Positions 34,476-47,105 of a DNA stretch of 64,000 nucleotides are shown one piece after another. Every line of letters starts with the position of its first letter. The stretch's first letter is position 1. Position numbers and translations under genes: made by a program. The notes beneath the pieces were generated by a model. The model was given only the letters and a program-made list of their open reading frames with translations. It ran no database searches and was not told where the DNA came from. This DNA comes from Lama guanicoe. Lineage: Eukaryota. Location of the stretch: positions 558,001 to 622,000 of the forward strand of contig MU053431.1 in assembly GCA_013239625.1 (NCBI GenBank). Direction: 5' to 3'.

Positions 34476-37003
34476 TGCACGAAGGGACAAGATACTGCTG
34501 GGTCAGAGCAGTTCTGTCCTCGCACCCGAGAGCTCGGAAGCCGGCTGTGCCACCTTCCCAGCAGAGGGAGCATCTCATGGGCACAAAGGAGACAGCAGAG
34601 CCCCCGCCCCACTTCCGAGCCCCCGCCGGCCTCCAACCCAATGGGATTCGGAAACCTAGTGGTGTTCATTTAAATCACAGCTTTTATTTTTGAAAATCCT
34701 GAGATTTCTGGCAACTTTGTTATTATTTGCTGTATCAAACAATAATCAATATTTCTCTTTAGGGCAGTTTTACCCACGACTGTATTTTAACCTTTTTTCT
34801 CTAAACGCACATTTTCTCAGGACAGAAAATCTATAGTGTTTCTAAATTCAAATCTCCCATGGTCCGTGTTTTCAACTCGACAAAGTCTGTTCGCCCTGAG
34901 TTTATAAACTGATAATTATCTGGCACGTCTTGGGAGGGTCCAAGAAAGTGTGTCTCCAAGGGCTTTGCCTTGTGCCCAGCTGCCCTCGAGGTCACCAAAT
35001 GGACAAGGTCTCCCCTCAATTTAATCCGGTGTTGGAGGGAGGAAAAAAACCGTATTTAACTGGTGTGTACTTAAAATATTATTTCGTATTAAAACAAACA
35101 CCGGCTTATACAGTAAATTCACTAGATTTTTCAAGATGAGGTGTCACGATTTGAGAATGAGGTGGGTCACATTTATGCTGTCTAGGTTCGGCTTTCCAGA
35201 AATCCATGCAGCTCGGAGTGACCACGTGATGTAACTCTTGCCAAGGAGTTTCGCCCAGAAGTCTCTAAGAAGCATGCCACTTCTTGAATAAAACAACAAA
35301 GCCTGTCTGGATAAAGGGGTGGTGCCCACAAGTGCCCCAACCACTTTTCTGCCTTGAGAGGAAAGTCACACCAGGAAGGAGAAGAGGGAAGATGGGGGTG
35401 AGGAGACCCTTGGTCCGGACGGCACTGGCCCGGCCCAGCTGCTGAGACCCTCCAGCTGCGACTCGCTGCGACGTGAGAGGCAAAGCCTGGACCTGCTGAC
35501 GGCTCTGATCAGCATCTCCCTCCCGGACAGCCGGGCGCAGTCCTGGCTGTGAACTCCCGGCTCGGCCCACAGGGCAGAGGGGCAATGCTGGCTGTCGTTT
35601 TGATCCTGGAAACCAGCATGAGCATCCCGTTCTAGATGCCCCACGGGACGGGGCTCAGAGCAGACGTTGGCTCTCAGGGTACAACGTCCAATTTCACCTC
35701 AGCCCCGCGCTCCTGGGACACAGCCTCGTGGTCCAGGGACCTGCTCCCTGCAGTATGACTCATTGAGCACTCACGGATGCCCCCGCGTACACCTGTGACC
35801 GGATCAGACACGGCCCCTCCGAATTCCCGTTCTTTGCCTCCTAAACAATTGGCTGATGCGGCCAATAAGGACAAAGTGCTAACCGACCTGACCACCCGGT
35901 GGTCAAGCTCCTTTCATCCCCGTGGGGCCCTGGGCTCTGCCCCACCCCGAGCCCGACCCAGCACAGTTCCAGCTGGTCCTTGAACACGACGTACGGGTCC
36001 GAGCATGGCTCTTCTTGGCCTGGAGCTCTGATGGTCAGAGCACCTTGCACTGCAGTGTTTCCTTCTTTTCATAATAAAATCTCTCCCAACCCAATTCCAG
36101 ACTGGTTTTGTCTGATGGCGGAAACACACAGGAGAGAACAGGGACTCTGGCCATCTCTGGGCTGTATGCATGATCAGAGGTTATCAGAAGTTACAGGTTC
36201 AACCTCTTAGTCATAAGCCAATTCGGTCCATGGGAGAGGAATGCTTTTCCAAGTCTGGGCCACGATGAGTGCTGGGTTCCAGGCCAGATCTGGCTCCACT
36301 CCCGTGGTCTTTGCAGAGCATCCCGCCTCACAGGGCAACCCAGGTGAGTCTCGGGCTCCTGGCTGACGCAGACACTCCCCACCGTGCACACGGCGGCAGG
36401 TACACACACGCGCACAGGAGCGCGCACACGGGTCTGCATCTCCTGGTCAGTCGGGGCCGCGGTGAGTTTTGCTTTCTTCATGCCACCCTAAACTTAGGTT
36501 GACAGATCAAAATGAAAATTAATCAGGAGGCTTCAGCCGCGGATGTGCTCGGCCATGCACAAAATCACCGGGCCCTGCAGAGAGCTGCCTTCTCGCGTGC
36601 CTCCCCCGCGAGCCTCACCGCCTTCCACGGCCGCTCCTGCCAGGGGCCGCCTCTGCTCTGCGCCGGGCCACCGCCCACAGCGGTGCCGCCGGAGCCGCTG
36701 GCAGCAATCACACGAAGGGCAGCTGAAGCACCTGCTCGTCCTGGAGGAAGGGGCACAAAGGGGCTTTATTCTGAGAGTAGATTTCTTTAATGTGAAACAC
36801 AGGGAAACTCTTTTCCCACCAAAATTTAAGTTAATAAACACTTATTGAAGACTCACTTTGGGCCAAACCGTGTACCGGGCACCTGAGACCCGGTTCCACC
36901 TTCTAGAACCTCACAGAGAAAGGTTGGTGCGGAAGCAATAATAGCAATCGTGCAAATGTGAATGTGTAACATATGCACGTAGACACACAGTGAACAGACC
37001 CAC

Positions 37004-37037
37004 GCGTGTCTGTGTGTGTGAGTGTGTGTGTGTGTGT
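37004..37037 (+). repeat. (TG)n microsatellite, interrupted
   Basis: gtgtctgtgtgtgtgagtgtgtgtgtgtgtg. Confidence 0.85.
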
Positions 37038-37699
37038 TTACAGTCTTTATCACGCAGACACTTTGGAACAGGACTTCGTGGTCAACCCAAGCACCATCTC
37101 CTTTTTCACAAACGGAGAAGCTGAGGCTTAGAGAGGTCGAGTAAATGAAGTAGCTTGAGCAGCAAGCAGCAAGCAGAACTCATAACTGAATGTCTCAAAA
37201 TGTACCTCCAGCCGTCGTGTTTTATTCCAGAGCCAGAAAAATGAATCGCCTCCCTGCATTGAAGACAGACACGTAAGTTGGTGTTTCCAACAGAACAGAA
37301 ATTGTGACGAAGGAGATGTGCGAAGATCCTAAATCCATCCCGAAATTAGGGTGCTAAAATTGAACGGTTCCCAGATGTGGGCCTGGCTGACTCATCACAC
37401 TTGGAACAGCGTGAATTTTGCAATCCCCAGGTGTGAAATTGACAAATGATAACCTCTTTCTTGGTTTATACTACGCTTTGGAAATCTGATCCTATCTCTT
37501 CTCAACAATTAAGTGAGAGTGACTTTGTAGAAAGCACCACGAATTGGAGTGGCTTGATGGCGATCCGTGGTTTTCAGAGATTTGACCAGAAAGAGACAGC
37601 TGTGGTCCAAGCTGGCCCAGCTCAAAGGCCAAGGGTCAGAGGAACACAGCCTCATAAGAGATCATCCAACCATCCACAGAGCAGGGGTCGTGCCTCTGC

Positions 37700-38225
37700 T
37701 TCTGCGTTCAATTTGTTGTGAGATGTTACTTTGGGGGAAATATATGAAAAAATGCAGCTTCACACAGATAGTTAGTTGGAAAGGGGAGATGTATTTTAGT
37801 GGTCTTTCAGACAGTTGTGGACACTGTTTTGTCCCCAAGTCCACAAGTGCTGGTTTCTCACAGGTTCGGTGCAGTGTGTGTCCGCAGTTACACCAGGGAG
37901 CCTCCCGTACCCTGGTAAGGTCAAGTCCACGGGTCCATCTTCAAGTTTCAGTGAATCTTTTACCCACGCATGATTTGGTTTTGGTAACATCATATGGGTC
38001 ATTTGGGAAACAATTCCAAAAATTATACAGATTTTCTGTTAGACAATATTCCCCCCAAATCACACTTGCAAATGTCACCATTTTTCATCAGAAAAGTCTT
38101 TAAGTTTTGGGAGGCTGCCAAGCTCAGGATGCAAGTTGTCCAAAACCCTAATTTGAACTTGGAAGCTCAAAGTTTATCAGTGGCAACGAGTACCGGAGCT
38201 TCTTTTCCTTGAAGTGACAGAGTCA
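37700..38225 (-). mobile_element. Charlie1-type hAT transposon fragment (decayed transposase 3' region)
   Basis: cacacagatagttagttggaaagggg; atcttttacccacgcatgattt; catcagaaaagtctttaagttttgggaggctgccaagctca; ttttccttgaagtgacag. Confidence 0.8.
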
Positions 38226-38239
38226 ATAGTTTATATTTT

Positions 38240-38910
38240 TAAATACACTTTTTAATTTTAGAAGAGTTTTAGATTTTCAGAAAAACTGTAAAGAGCGTGC
38301 GAGGCGCCCCGTGCTCTGGAGTTAACATTTTACGTTACACGGTTCATTTGTTGCTATTAATGAACCAGTATTGATGCGTTCTCGTTGAGTGCCCTCAGTA
38401 ACACCTGTGGTTATATTAACACCCTTAGTTTCTCCCTGTGTCCTTCGTCTGTCCCAGCATCCCAGCGTCCAGGACACCACACCGCATTTAGTCGTCCTGC
38501 CTCCTTGGGCTCCTCCGGGCTGCAACAGCTTCTCAGATTTTCCTTGTGTCTGATGATCTGGACAGCTTTAAGGAGCCCTGGTTAAGTGTTCTGTAGAAAG
38601 TCCTTCAATTGGGATTTGCCTGAAATTTTTGTTCTCGTGCTGAAGCTGGGGTAATGGGGTTTGGGGAGGGACCCCGAGGTGAAGCACCTCGCTCATCACG
38701 TCCCTTCTGGGGAGGGTGTCGGCCCTGACCGCCTGCCTGGAGTCGCTTCGGCAGCGCCCCGCCGTGAGCGCCCGTTCTGCCCCGCCCGTGTCCGTGCCGA
38801 GCGCTGGGAACGAGCCGGCGCGCGGCGTGGAGCCCGGGAGCTGTCACCTCTGCCCCCTGAGGCCGGCGCGGCTACGCACATCATCTGGAATTCTTCTGCG
38901 CAAGAGATTC
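38240..38910 (-). mobile_element. L1MC-type 3' UTR, antisense, CpG-enriched
   Basis: ttttagaagagttttagattttcagaaaaactg; attaatgaaccagtattgat; colinear with 12220-12880. Confidence 0.85.
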
Positions 38911-40332
38911 AATTTAGTTCATTCGGGGGAAGACCTCTACATAATACCCAGGTCTAAGTAACAGTGTCTGACCTGTCAGAGACTCTTTCAAGTAAAAATG
39001 ATGTTTCTTGAAGAAAAGAAGAGTGCGGCTGGCGACTCAAACACCCTTGAGACGACCCTCAAGCGCTGGCTTCCTGTATCAGCCCACGCAGTACTTTTTA
39101 CCAGAGCACTCAGAGCACTGCGAGGAAAATTAACCCCTTTTACTGCTTCAGCAAGGAAGTCCTTACATGACACCGGCATTGCTTCGTTTCCCTGGAGTGC
39201 GTGGAGGTGATGGGACAGTCACTGCGGGCACCCACGCCCCCATCGCACTAAGGCACCGGCCCTCTTACCTCCGTGACTTTTGACCATCAGTGCAAACGTC
39301 AGCCCAGGGGAGAGAGAAACTCTGTCTCAGTGTGACTGTAAGGATAGCTCTGCAGACCCCAAAGGAGACTGAAGATCCCCCCAGAGGCCTGCGGCGTTCG
39401 TACTGGGGGGGAGACAAACTCAGCTTCCTCCTCCCCAAGGTGACCCTGGCTCCCCAGCTCTCAGAAGGACCCAGGCCAACCTCCTGGGTCCAACCTGCCC
39501 CCCACCCCCGGTGGCTCCTGCTGACTCACCAGCTCTTTCAGTATCTGACGCCTTCCTGTCCTGGAACAATGGTCGGTCAGTACGTGGAAGAGTGACCGTG
39601 AGACCCCAGTTCCTCCTCCCCAGGTCCGAAGTCAGGAAACCCCACTGTCCTTCCTGGTGTCTTTTTCTGAACTAACTGCCTCATATCTTAAAAATGCATT
39701 CACTTTGCTGCTTACTAATCCCTGAAGCATTCATTGAGCACCTAATGAGCTGGTCCTTGGGCGACTTATCTTGGCCGCCCGCTTCCTTAGAGCAGAGAGG
39801 GTGCACCCGGCCTCCCGGGCAAGCAGAAAATTAACCCTTCCCTCCGAGTCCCAAAAATCGTATTTGAAGCCAGAGTTTATTGCTGAGCGTATGTAAGCTG
39901 AGTTATTAATCACACTATTTCTCATTAAGGAATTTTCCAGGGTCAGATTTCCAACTGAAGATGCAAGGCAGTTGGCCCAAGTAGGGACTTCATTAAAAAC
40001 CGAAGTGCAAATCAAAAGAATGCAGAGAGCTCAGTGGGAGAGAAACTGCCTACAGAAGCTGGACCAGCAGAGTTTTCCAAATTCACTCTCTCCCTTCGCT
40101 CTTTCTTTCACCCTCCTGGGCCCTCGTAGTTGTGGATGGAGAGGGGCCAGCTCAGGAGGAATCTCAATCATCTCTCTCTGGCCCTGAACAGAGAAGTAAT
40201 TCCAGGGGAATCACAGAGAAAGGGCTGCCTGGTTAGAGAACTAAGGCTTGGCTGTGTGATTCTATCCATGAAGATACATTCATATTTTACAGTCAGAATA
40301 CCTTCCATAAATATATATGGAAGTTTATGGAA

Positions 40333-40402
40333 GTGTGTATATATGTATGTGTATGTATGTGTATATATACACACATACATACACACACACATACATACAT
40401 AC
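40333..40402. repeat. (TG/TA)n-(CA/TA)n alternating purine-pyrimidine tract, imperfect palindrome
   Basis: gtatgtgtatgtatgt gtatatatac acacatacatacacac, centred on 40361-40370. Confidence 0.85.
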
Positions 40403-40409
40403 TGTAGGG

Positions 40410-40830
40410 AACAGAATCACCAGGTAAGAGTTCATCAAACAGGAAAGGTGTATAATTATCTTCTGTAACAAGGAGTTTGGAAGGAGAGACTCTCAGGTGC
40501 GGTGCTGTGGTCCATCAGGGACCCAGCCTCTTCCTCTGCCCTTTCTCTGCCATCTTCTCCAGGTTGGCGATCAACCCCGGGGCTTACAGCTCTGTGCTTG
40601 ATCTTCGAGGATCCCGACCACCCATAACTGTATTCAAGAGAGAAAGAAGGAAGGATCAGCTTCTCAGTCTACCTTTCAGTTAGGGAGCAAACACCTTTCA
40701 CGCCTCCTCAGAAGCCCCCGTCGTGTGCCAGGTCCACCAGCCCGGGGCAAGTGGGAGGGGTGATACCAAGGTGGGAGTGCCCTTAGCTGCCTGAACACAA
40801 GTGGGGTTTTCCGAGGTGGGGAGGGGCATC
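40410..40830 (-). mobile_element. Old MLT1(J-L)-type LTR, degenerate
   Basis: tgtaacaaggagtttggaagg...catcagggacccagcctcttcctctgccc...ctctgccatcttc. Confidence 0.55.
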
Positions 40831-41964
40831 GCCAAGGCTGTAGGAAGACAAGCCAGGGCACGTGGCTTCCTCAGTCAACTTCTTGGGGCAACACCAGGCT
40901 CCCACTGAGCTGACCACTGTGAGTCACAACCTGAGGGTGTCAGCAGTCACCCGTGTTCCCCAGGAGCAAAGCACTGCTTTCAACTCCATCTGACAGAAGA
41001 AGGAGTCCCAGAGGAGCAAGGTGACCTCCTCCATCACAAGTCGAGGTTCAGGGCAGGGCCTGAAACCAGCACCCGTGTTCCTGGCACCTCCTTCTCACCA
41101 AGGATGCGATGGAGAAAGTGAGAGCACTGACCACACGGACATGGGGCCAGAGGCCCCTTAAAACGGATCCAATCCATCCCCGAAACGCGACGCCTTCAAT
41201 CAGCCTCTGTGGTACAAGATTAGGAAGCACATATTCACTGTCACCGTCTGGTTCCACCGATGGACGTGTAGACACAGAAGGCGCTGATACTCTGGGGAGA
41301 AATACAATGTACAACAAAGACGAAAAGACACTTTACCTGTAGGATAAGAGAGTTTAAACGGAATCACGCATTTGGGGTGGGGGCCGGGGCGAGCACAGCC
41401 CACTGCCTGCAAGTGGGAGTCTTCCAGCAATGCCACGTAAGGCGGGAAATCTCTCCGCCAAGGAGGTAGCGTCTCACCACGGAGACTGTCATGCGTCCCA
41501 TTGTGCTAAAATGTTTATGAACGGAAAAGCCACGTAGTGAGAGATGAGATTGGATGGATCGAAAGACAGACCGATTGATGAATAGACAAAGATGGATAGA
41601 ACCGTAACCTCATCACGTGCTTACCCACTTGCAAAAGCAGATAATAATGATACATTCAGATGGAAACCGTGCTCATCAGGAAACCCGACTTTTCCCAGGC
41701 CCTGAAGCCGCGCTCTGTGAGGGGCTTTCTCAGGTCAGCCCAGGAGGGAGGCACTCGGTCACTTCAGACTGTCTCCATCCAGGTTGGACTCATCAGGCAA
41801 ATGAGACTGAATGGAAGCACGTGTTTTCATCTGTAAACAGGGCCGTAACTGAACCCACTGCCCTCGGGAAGCAGCTGCAGCGGAGGGTCAGGCCTCACGC
41901 GCGCGTCTCCGGCCTGAAGCCAGGCGTGCAGCCCAGAGGAGCCTCAGCCTGGACACGGCCTTTA

Positions 41965-42245
41965 CATTATTATTATTGTTCTTGAAGTGTAGTTGATTTG
42001 CAGTGTTTAAGTGTTAGTTTCTGAGGTACAGCATAGTGATTCAGGTATACGTATATATTTTTTTCTTTTTCTTCTTCTTTTTCGTTACAGGCTATCACAA
42101 GGTAGTGAACACAGCTCCCTGTGCTGCATGGCAGGGCCCTGTTCGTCTGTTCTGTATATAGCAGTTTGTATCTGCTAATCCCAAACTTGTAATTTATCCC
42201 TCCCGCCCCCTTTCCCCCTGATAACCATAAATTTATTTTCTGTGA
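41965..42245 (-). mobile_element. Cetartiodactyl-type L1 3' end, 5'-truncated, antisense
   Basis: ttgaagtgtagttgatttgcagtg...gtacagcatagtgattcag...gtatctgctaatcccaaac; possible TSD acacggccttta (41953-41964) / aaacagccttta (42246-42257). Confidence 0.9.
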
Positions 42246-42357
42246 AAACAGCCTTTAAGTCACCAGCTTTTCAGGGGTGAAATCAAGACCTCCCAGCTTT
42301 TCAGTAAATCACTGCCCAAGAAAGGCAGAGAAAACGAAAGTGAAGTCAGCCGCTTTA

Positions 42358-42882
42358 CTAGTTACAGCAGCCAAGACGTGGAAGCAACCTTCATGTCCAC
42401 TGATGGGTGACTGGCTAAGGAAGCGGTGGTACATACACAATGGAATACTACTCAGCCACCAAAAAGAACAGCATAACGCCACGTGCAGCAGCTTGGGAGG
42501 ACCTCATCAGACTAAGTCGGCCAGACGGAGAAAGACAAACACCATATGATATCACTCATAGTTTCCACTCATGTGGAAACTAAAAAAGTGACACAAATGA
42601 ACTTATTTACCAAACAGGCAAACTCACAGACATAGAAAACCAGACGGGGGAGGTGGGGTGTGGAGGGATAAACTGGGAGTTTGGAATTTGCAGATACACA
42701 CTCCTGTATGTAAAACAGACAAACGGCAAGTGCACAGGGAACTGTATTCAGTATCTTGTAATAGCCTATGATGAAAAAGAATATGAAAAGGAATATATAT
42801 ATATATGGATAACGGAATCACTGTGCTGCGCACCAGAAACTAACACAGCATCGTAGACCGACTATAATTCAATTAAAAAAAA
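42358..42882 (+). mobile_element. Cetartiodactyl-type L1 ORF2 end plus 3' UTR
   Basis: ORF track 42277..42549 gives AKTWKQPSCPLMGDWLRKRWYIH; gacacaaatgaacttatttaccaaacag; A tail; possible TSD 42343-42357 / 42880-42894 (12/15). Confidence 0.92.
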
Positions 42883-43325
42883 TCAGTGGCTTTAGTTCCT
42901 TGTGGCTTCAGAAATCACTCAGGAGACTGGGAATGTTCCTGGATTGTTATGTGATTAATAATTTCTGGGGTTTTGCTTGTATAGAAACGAGAGAATTGAA
43001 AAGGAGGCAGATTGCTTCAGATTAATTGTTCTTTCCCCACCTCATGCATTTTTCTTATCAAGCGTTCACACTCTGCCTCAAGTGAACAATTGTTTGATAA
43101 ATTCGTCTTCTGTATTGTTTTCCTTGTGACACTGCCTGGCCTGCAGAGCGGGGGTCCCGGCCCCCACCCCTCGGAGCGCAGGCACGGGGGTGGGTTTTCT
43201 CGCTTGTCTAGTTGACCCCGACCCACGCCCACACCCCTGGCTCTGCCACCAGCGGTGCCACTGGTCTCTGCTTGGAGGGTGTCACTCTCTCTGGGCACCA
43301 GGCCACCAGGCTCCTTGTCGGCAAG

Positions 43326-43720
43326 TGTGATGGTTAATGTCATGCGTCCACTTGACCAGGCCACCGCCTGACCTGATATTCAGTTAAAAGTTATTTTTTA
43401 GTGTGTGGCGGGGCTGTTTTCAGGTGAGCTTAGCACCTGAATGTGCACACCGAGTAAATCACGTGGCCCTCCGTGGCGTGGACGGGCCCCGTCCTGCATT
43501 GAAAGCCTAAACAGCATGAAAAGGAGGAGGAAGAGGAATGCACCGTTTCTGCCTGATTGTCTGAGCCGGACCTCGGCCTTCTCCTGCCCTTGGACGGAGA
43601 CTCGCACCACCAGCTCCCGGGCCCTCAGGCCCTCTGACTCTGACAGCTTCGCCCCCGGCTCCCCTGGGTCTCCAGCTGGTCTCTCCCGGTCCAGCCCCTC
43701 ATCATTTAGGTAAGATGTGA
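43326..43720 (+). mobile_element. MLT2-type ERVL LTR
   Basis: Starts tgtgatggttaatgtcatgcgtccacttgac; ttgaaagcctaaacagcatgaaaagg; ttctcctgcccttggac. Confidence 0.85.
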
Positions 43721-46164
43721 GGCCCCTCCCCACTCGCATCTAACAGGGAGAACTCAGACCGAGCATCCATCATGTTCAGCCAACCCTTGCGGCTTCCGGG
43801 GCCTCTGCGGACACTTTTCTCGTTGGATGTCACTCCACGTCGTCCAGGGCCATCAGAGCTGGTGAGCCCTCTGTCTGGGACCTGCAGAGCTCGGTGTAGG
43901 ACCCAAGCCTCGGTCTGGCCACAGGGGGACGGTGTCCCTTTCAAGAGTGGCCAGTGGAAATGGCAACAGCCTGGAAATCAACTTTTCCTCTTGAAGCAAT
44001 CACTTGGCCCAGCTCTCACCCACCACCGGGAGGTTATGGGAGGGTCTGTAATGAAGCCAATGATTTCCACAACAAAAGGTGCTCGGAGCCCAGTGGAGAA
44101 GAGCTCTCGGAGGAAGACAGGGCAGAAATGAGAGTTTGGTGAAGTTAAATCAAGACACTTCCCGCGTGAGGACTGAAGCCAATTAACGCCACCACCGCGC
44201 AGGGCTGCTCACAGCGGCCCCAAACCCAAACGCCAGCGAGCTCGGTGTCCCGCCTTAAAACAAAGGCTCTAATTTAAGGCTAATTAAGGCTTCTTCCTCA
44301 CTTGGTCTCATTCTGTACAGAAACAATCATTTTCTCAAAGCCGGGAACAAGGAAAAAGTTAGTCCAAGTTCTCCCGTACCAGAAATGCGCCTGGTGACTC
44401 GAGACTAAAAAGCAGACATTTAAGAGAGACGCAGTAAGGAGCGTCACGCACTTTAAGACATCGCGCAAAGCCCGGGGGTGCGAGTGTTGAGAAAAGCAGC
44501 TGTCCTGCGACAAATCCAACGAAAAACACCCTTCAAAGAAGAAGTCCAGCAGGAGCTCTGGCGTGAGCAAACAGGCATGGGGACATCTGCAGAAATACTG
44601 ACGTAAGTTGACTCGTGGAGGCACATCCAGGTTTCCCGTTAGAAAAGTTAATGAGCATCTGGTTCACATGTTTCTGCTTCAGCTTTTCTGGAGAAGCCAG
44701 GATGGGTTTCATCCATGTGTTTCTCCCCCCAGTTTTTGTTGAGAACATGGAAAATTTCTACCTGGTTCTGGTCATATGTTTGGATTCTGATCCTCAGAAG
44801 AGAGAGAAAAATGACCCTTTATTGAGAAACCGTCGCTGGTGAAGGCGTTTATTACAGAACGAAAATACACCCCCTGTGTGTTCATTGCTAAGCAATGCGC
44901 CCGGATCCCTAAGCGGTATTTGCCTTGCTGGAAATTAGTTGTGTGATTTCCAGGTGTGTTACGGCCCGTCTTGTGTATGTAGGAGGTTTGCTGTTGAGAT
45001 TTTTAAATATTAGGAAATTTCATAAGAAGAGGCAGATCTTTTCAACCCAGTTTCAAAACACTCACACACGCACAGACACACATGCACACACAAGAAGAGC
45101 GATCCGATTATGTTATTCTTCTGTCACGATTCTGCTTTTAAATACAATGTGATGTGCAGACACTAACATCTCCAATTTCTCAGGAGCAGTTTTGAAAGTT
45201 GCATTTCATTTCCAGCAAAAATGACAGAATGCTCACTTGGCCTCAGTTTTCTGCACGGTGGTTAATTATCGGCAGAGGAAGCCTGGAGAGAATCCTCATC
45301 ACCTTTCCCCTGGTGCTCGTGGGCGGGATAGGAAATGCAGTATTTGCTCTCGAAGCTTCCAGAAGCTACGTGGCGTGACCTCGCGATACCGCGCTACAGG
45401 GACGAGTGAGGTCTTTGGGGAGGCGCAGGCGGGGCTTCCGCACACCTCATGCTAGAAGGTTGAACCGACGGAGGCGCTGGTTTTCTGTAAAGATGAGTTC
45501 ACCTTTTACCGACTCAGAGATGGGCGGAAACTGGGGGTGGGGAGTGATCTTCCTGAGAAACCGACAGGCGACCCTGGCGCTCTGCAGACCCGCCTCCAAG
45601 CTGCTTGGTGTCTTCTGGCTCCTCTGCCTCCTGCCAGCAGCTGTCGCCCGGCTCCAGAGCCCAGTTGAATGTGATGATGATGTTTTCGCTCCAAGGAAAC
45701 AGCAATAAGTGCTCAGTCTTCCTGAGAGTCTCTCTGCATTAAAATATGAATCCACATCCTCTGAAGGCATCACCGATGGTGTAAAGATTTTGGAGTGAGA
45801 TGAGTATCCCACGTGACTTCAAAAATAAGTGACCCGCATCACCCCTACACAAAAATAATTGACTGATCCTGGATCACGGCTGCCACTTACCTATGCTAAG
45901 GTTTTGTGAAACAAAACACGGCCCAAGGAATGCAGGACAACAAATCACTAAATGAAATCAGAGTGGCAGTTCTCTGCGTGGCCATGTAGTTGTATCTGAA
46001 AGGCATGTGTGGTGGGGTGGGCACTTCTGTGCAGTGGGGAGTCTGGGGAGAAAACGTTTGTTCAAAGGTCTCATCCTGTACATCTTAATATTCTTTACTT
46101 TGGTAGAAGGTTCAGTGTGACACTCCCTGCTCCTGGTTAATCCTTTTAGGTGCAGAGAGAGAAG

Positions 46165-46405
46165 CTGAAGGAATTATTGGCTCAGACAGTCCCACGTGTA
46201 GGGGTGGAACCACCTTCAGGTATGACTGGATCCAGGGGCTGCCGGGACGGTATGCTGTCCCCTCTGCACCTCTCGGCTCACTTCTCCTCAGCCTGCTTTC
46301 ATGACACCTGCAAGCTTCGTACGTGTGGGGACAGAGTGAATAACAGCAGCCCAAGCCTCACGACCTCCCCACTTTTGCTCCAGCTGAAGGAACGTGACTG
46401 CTCAG
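46165..46405 (-). mobile_element. MLT1J/K-type LTR part, probably resuming at ~47110-47245
   Basis: aggaattattggctcag...cttcaggtatgactggatccaggggct...ctctcggctc. Confidence 0.65.
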
Positions 46406-46409
46406 AGGC

Positions 46410-47105
46410 GCTCAGTAGGGTCTCAGAGCTCCTGGGAGCATTCTGTGTCTTTGTTGTCACAACAGTTGGGGGGCGCTGCTGGCATTGTCCAGGGGAATGC
46501 GGGGCTCAGGGACGCCCAAGGGGCCGCGTGCCGGAGTGCTGGACCGCCCTGCGCGGTGGGGACCTGCGCCCATCCTCCACCGCGTTTACACGTCCGGTCA
46601 GACGCCTGTGTCGGAAGAAGCATGTTAACCGCCGTCTGAGCCTAGTGTCTTCGTGCTGGTTTGCGAAGAACACGAGCATTTGTGACACACACTGAATTTT
46701 CCAGGAACACAATCTCTATGTGAATTTAAGGAAGATTGTAAAATTTTTCGTGGGAGCCAGTGGGGGCGTCACCAGGAGTTTATTCCGTTTTGAGGTGGCC
46801 TGTCTCTGACGGCAGCGGTGCTGGTGGGTCTGCATTTCTGAGTGACTGCTTTGCACCCGCCCTGCCTTTCCAGGAGCCGCACTGACGCACGGGGAGAACC
46901 GGCTGAGGCTCCGCTGCGTCGTCCAGGGCGCGCGCTCATGGACGTTGATGTTTTAAAACACGTATTTTATTGTAAATTGCTTTCCTTTCCCCTGAACGCT
47001 ATATTAGAGTTAGGGCATAAGATGGATTTCTTGTTAAATCACACGTGTGGGAAGTTTTATTATTTCATTTTGGGAGTAACACGTGTCCCCGTGACCAATT
47101 CCCAG
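46410..47105. mobile_element. MER20B-like hAT element
   Basis: ttgtcacaacagttggggggcgctgctggcatt; tctgagcctag; ttttattgtaaattgctttccttt...tattagagttagggcat. Confidence 0.6.

Noticed and set aside
37700..38225. Domesticated hAT transposase gene
   Set aside because: Short fragment with no open frame longer than about 70 aa on the coding strand.
41048..41355. Minus-strand exon or recursive splice site (tatcctacAG|GTAAAG at 41337/41336, second acceptor at 41292)
   Set aside because: The sites are only 45 nt apart, no frame gives a recognisable peptide and no partner exon was found.
44478..44602. Protein-like peptide VRVLRKAAVLRQIQRKTPFKEEVQQELWREQTG before a GTAAGT donor
   Set aside because: In-frame stop just upstream, and no credible acceptor or start codon.
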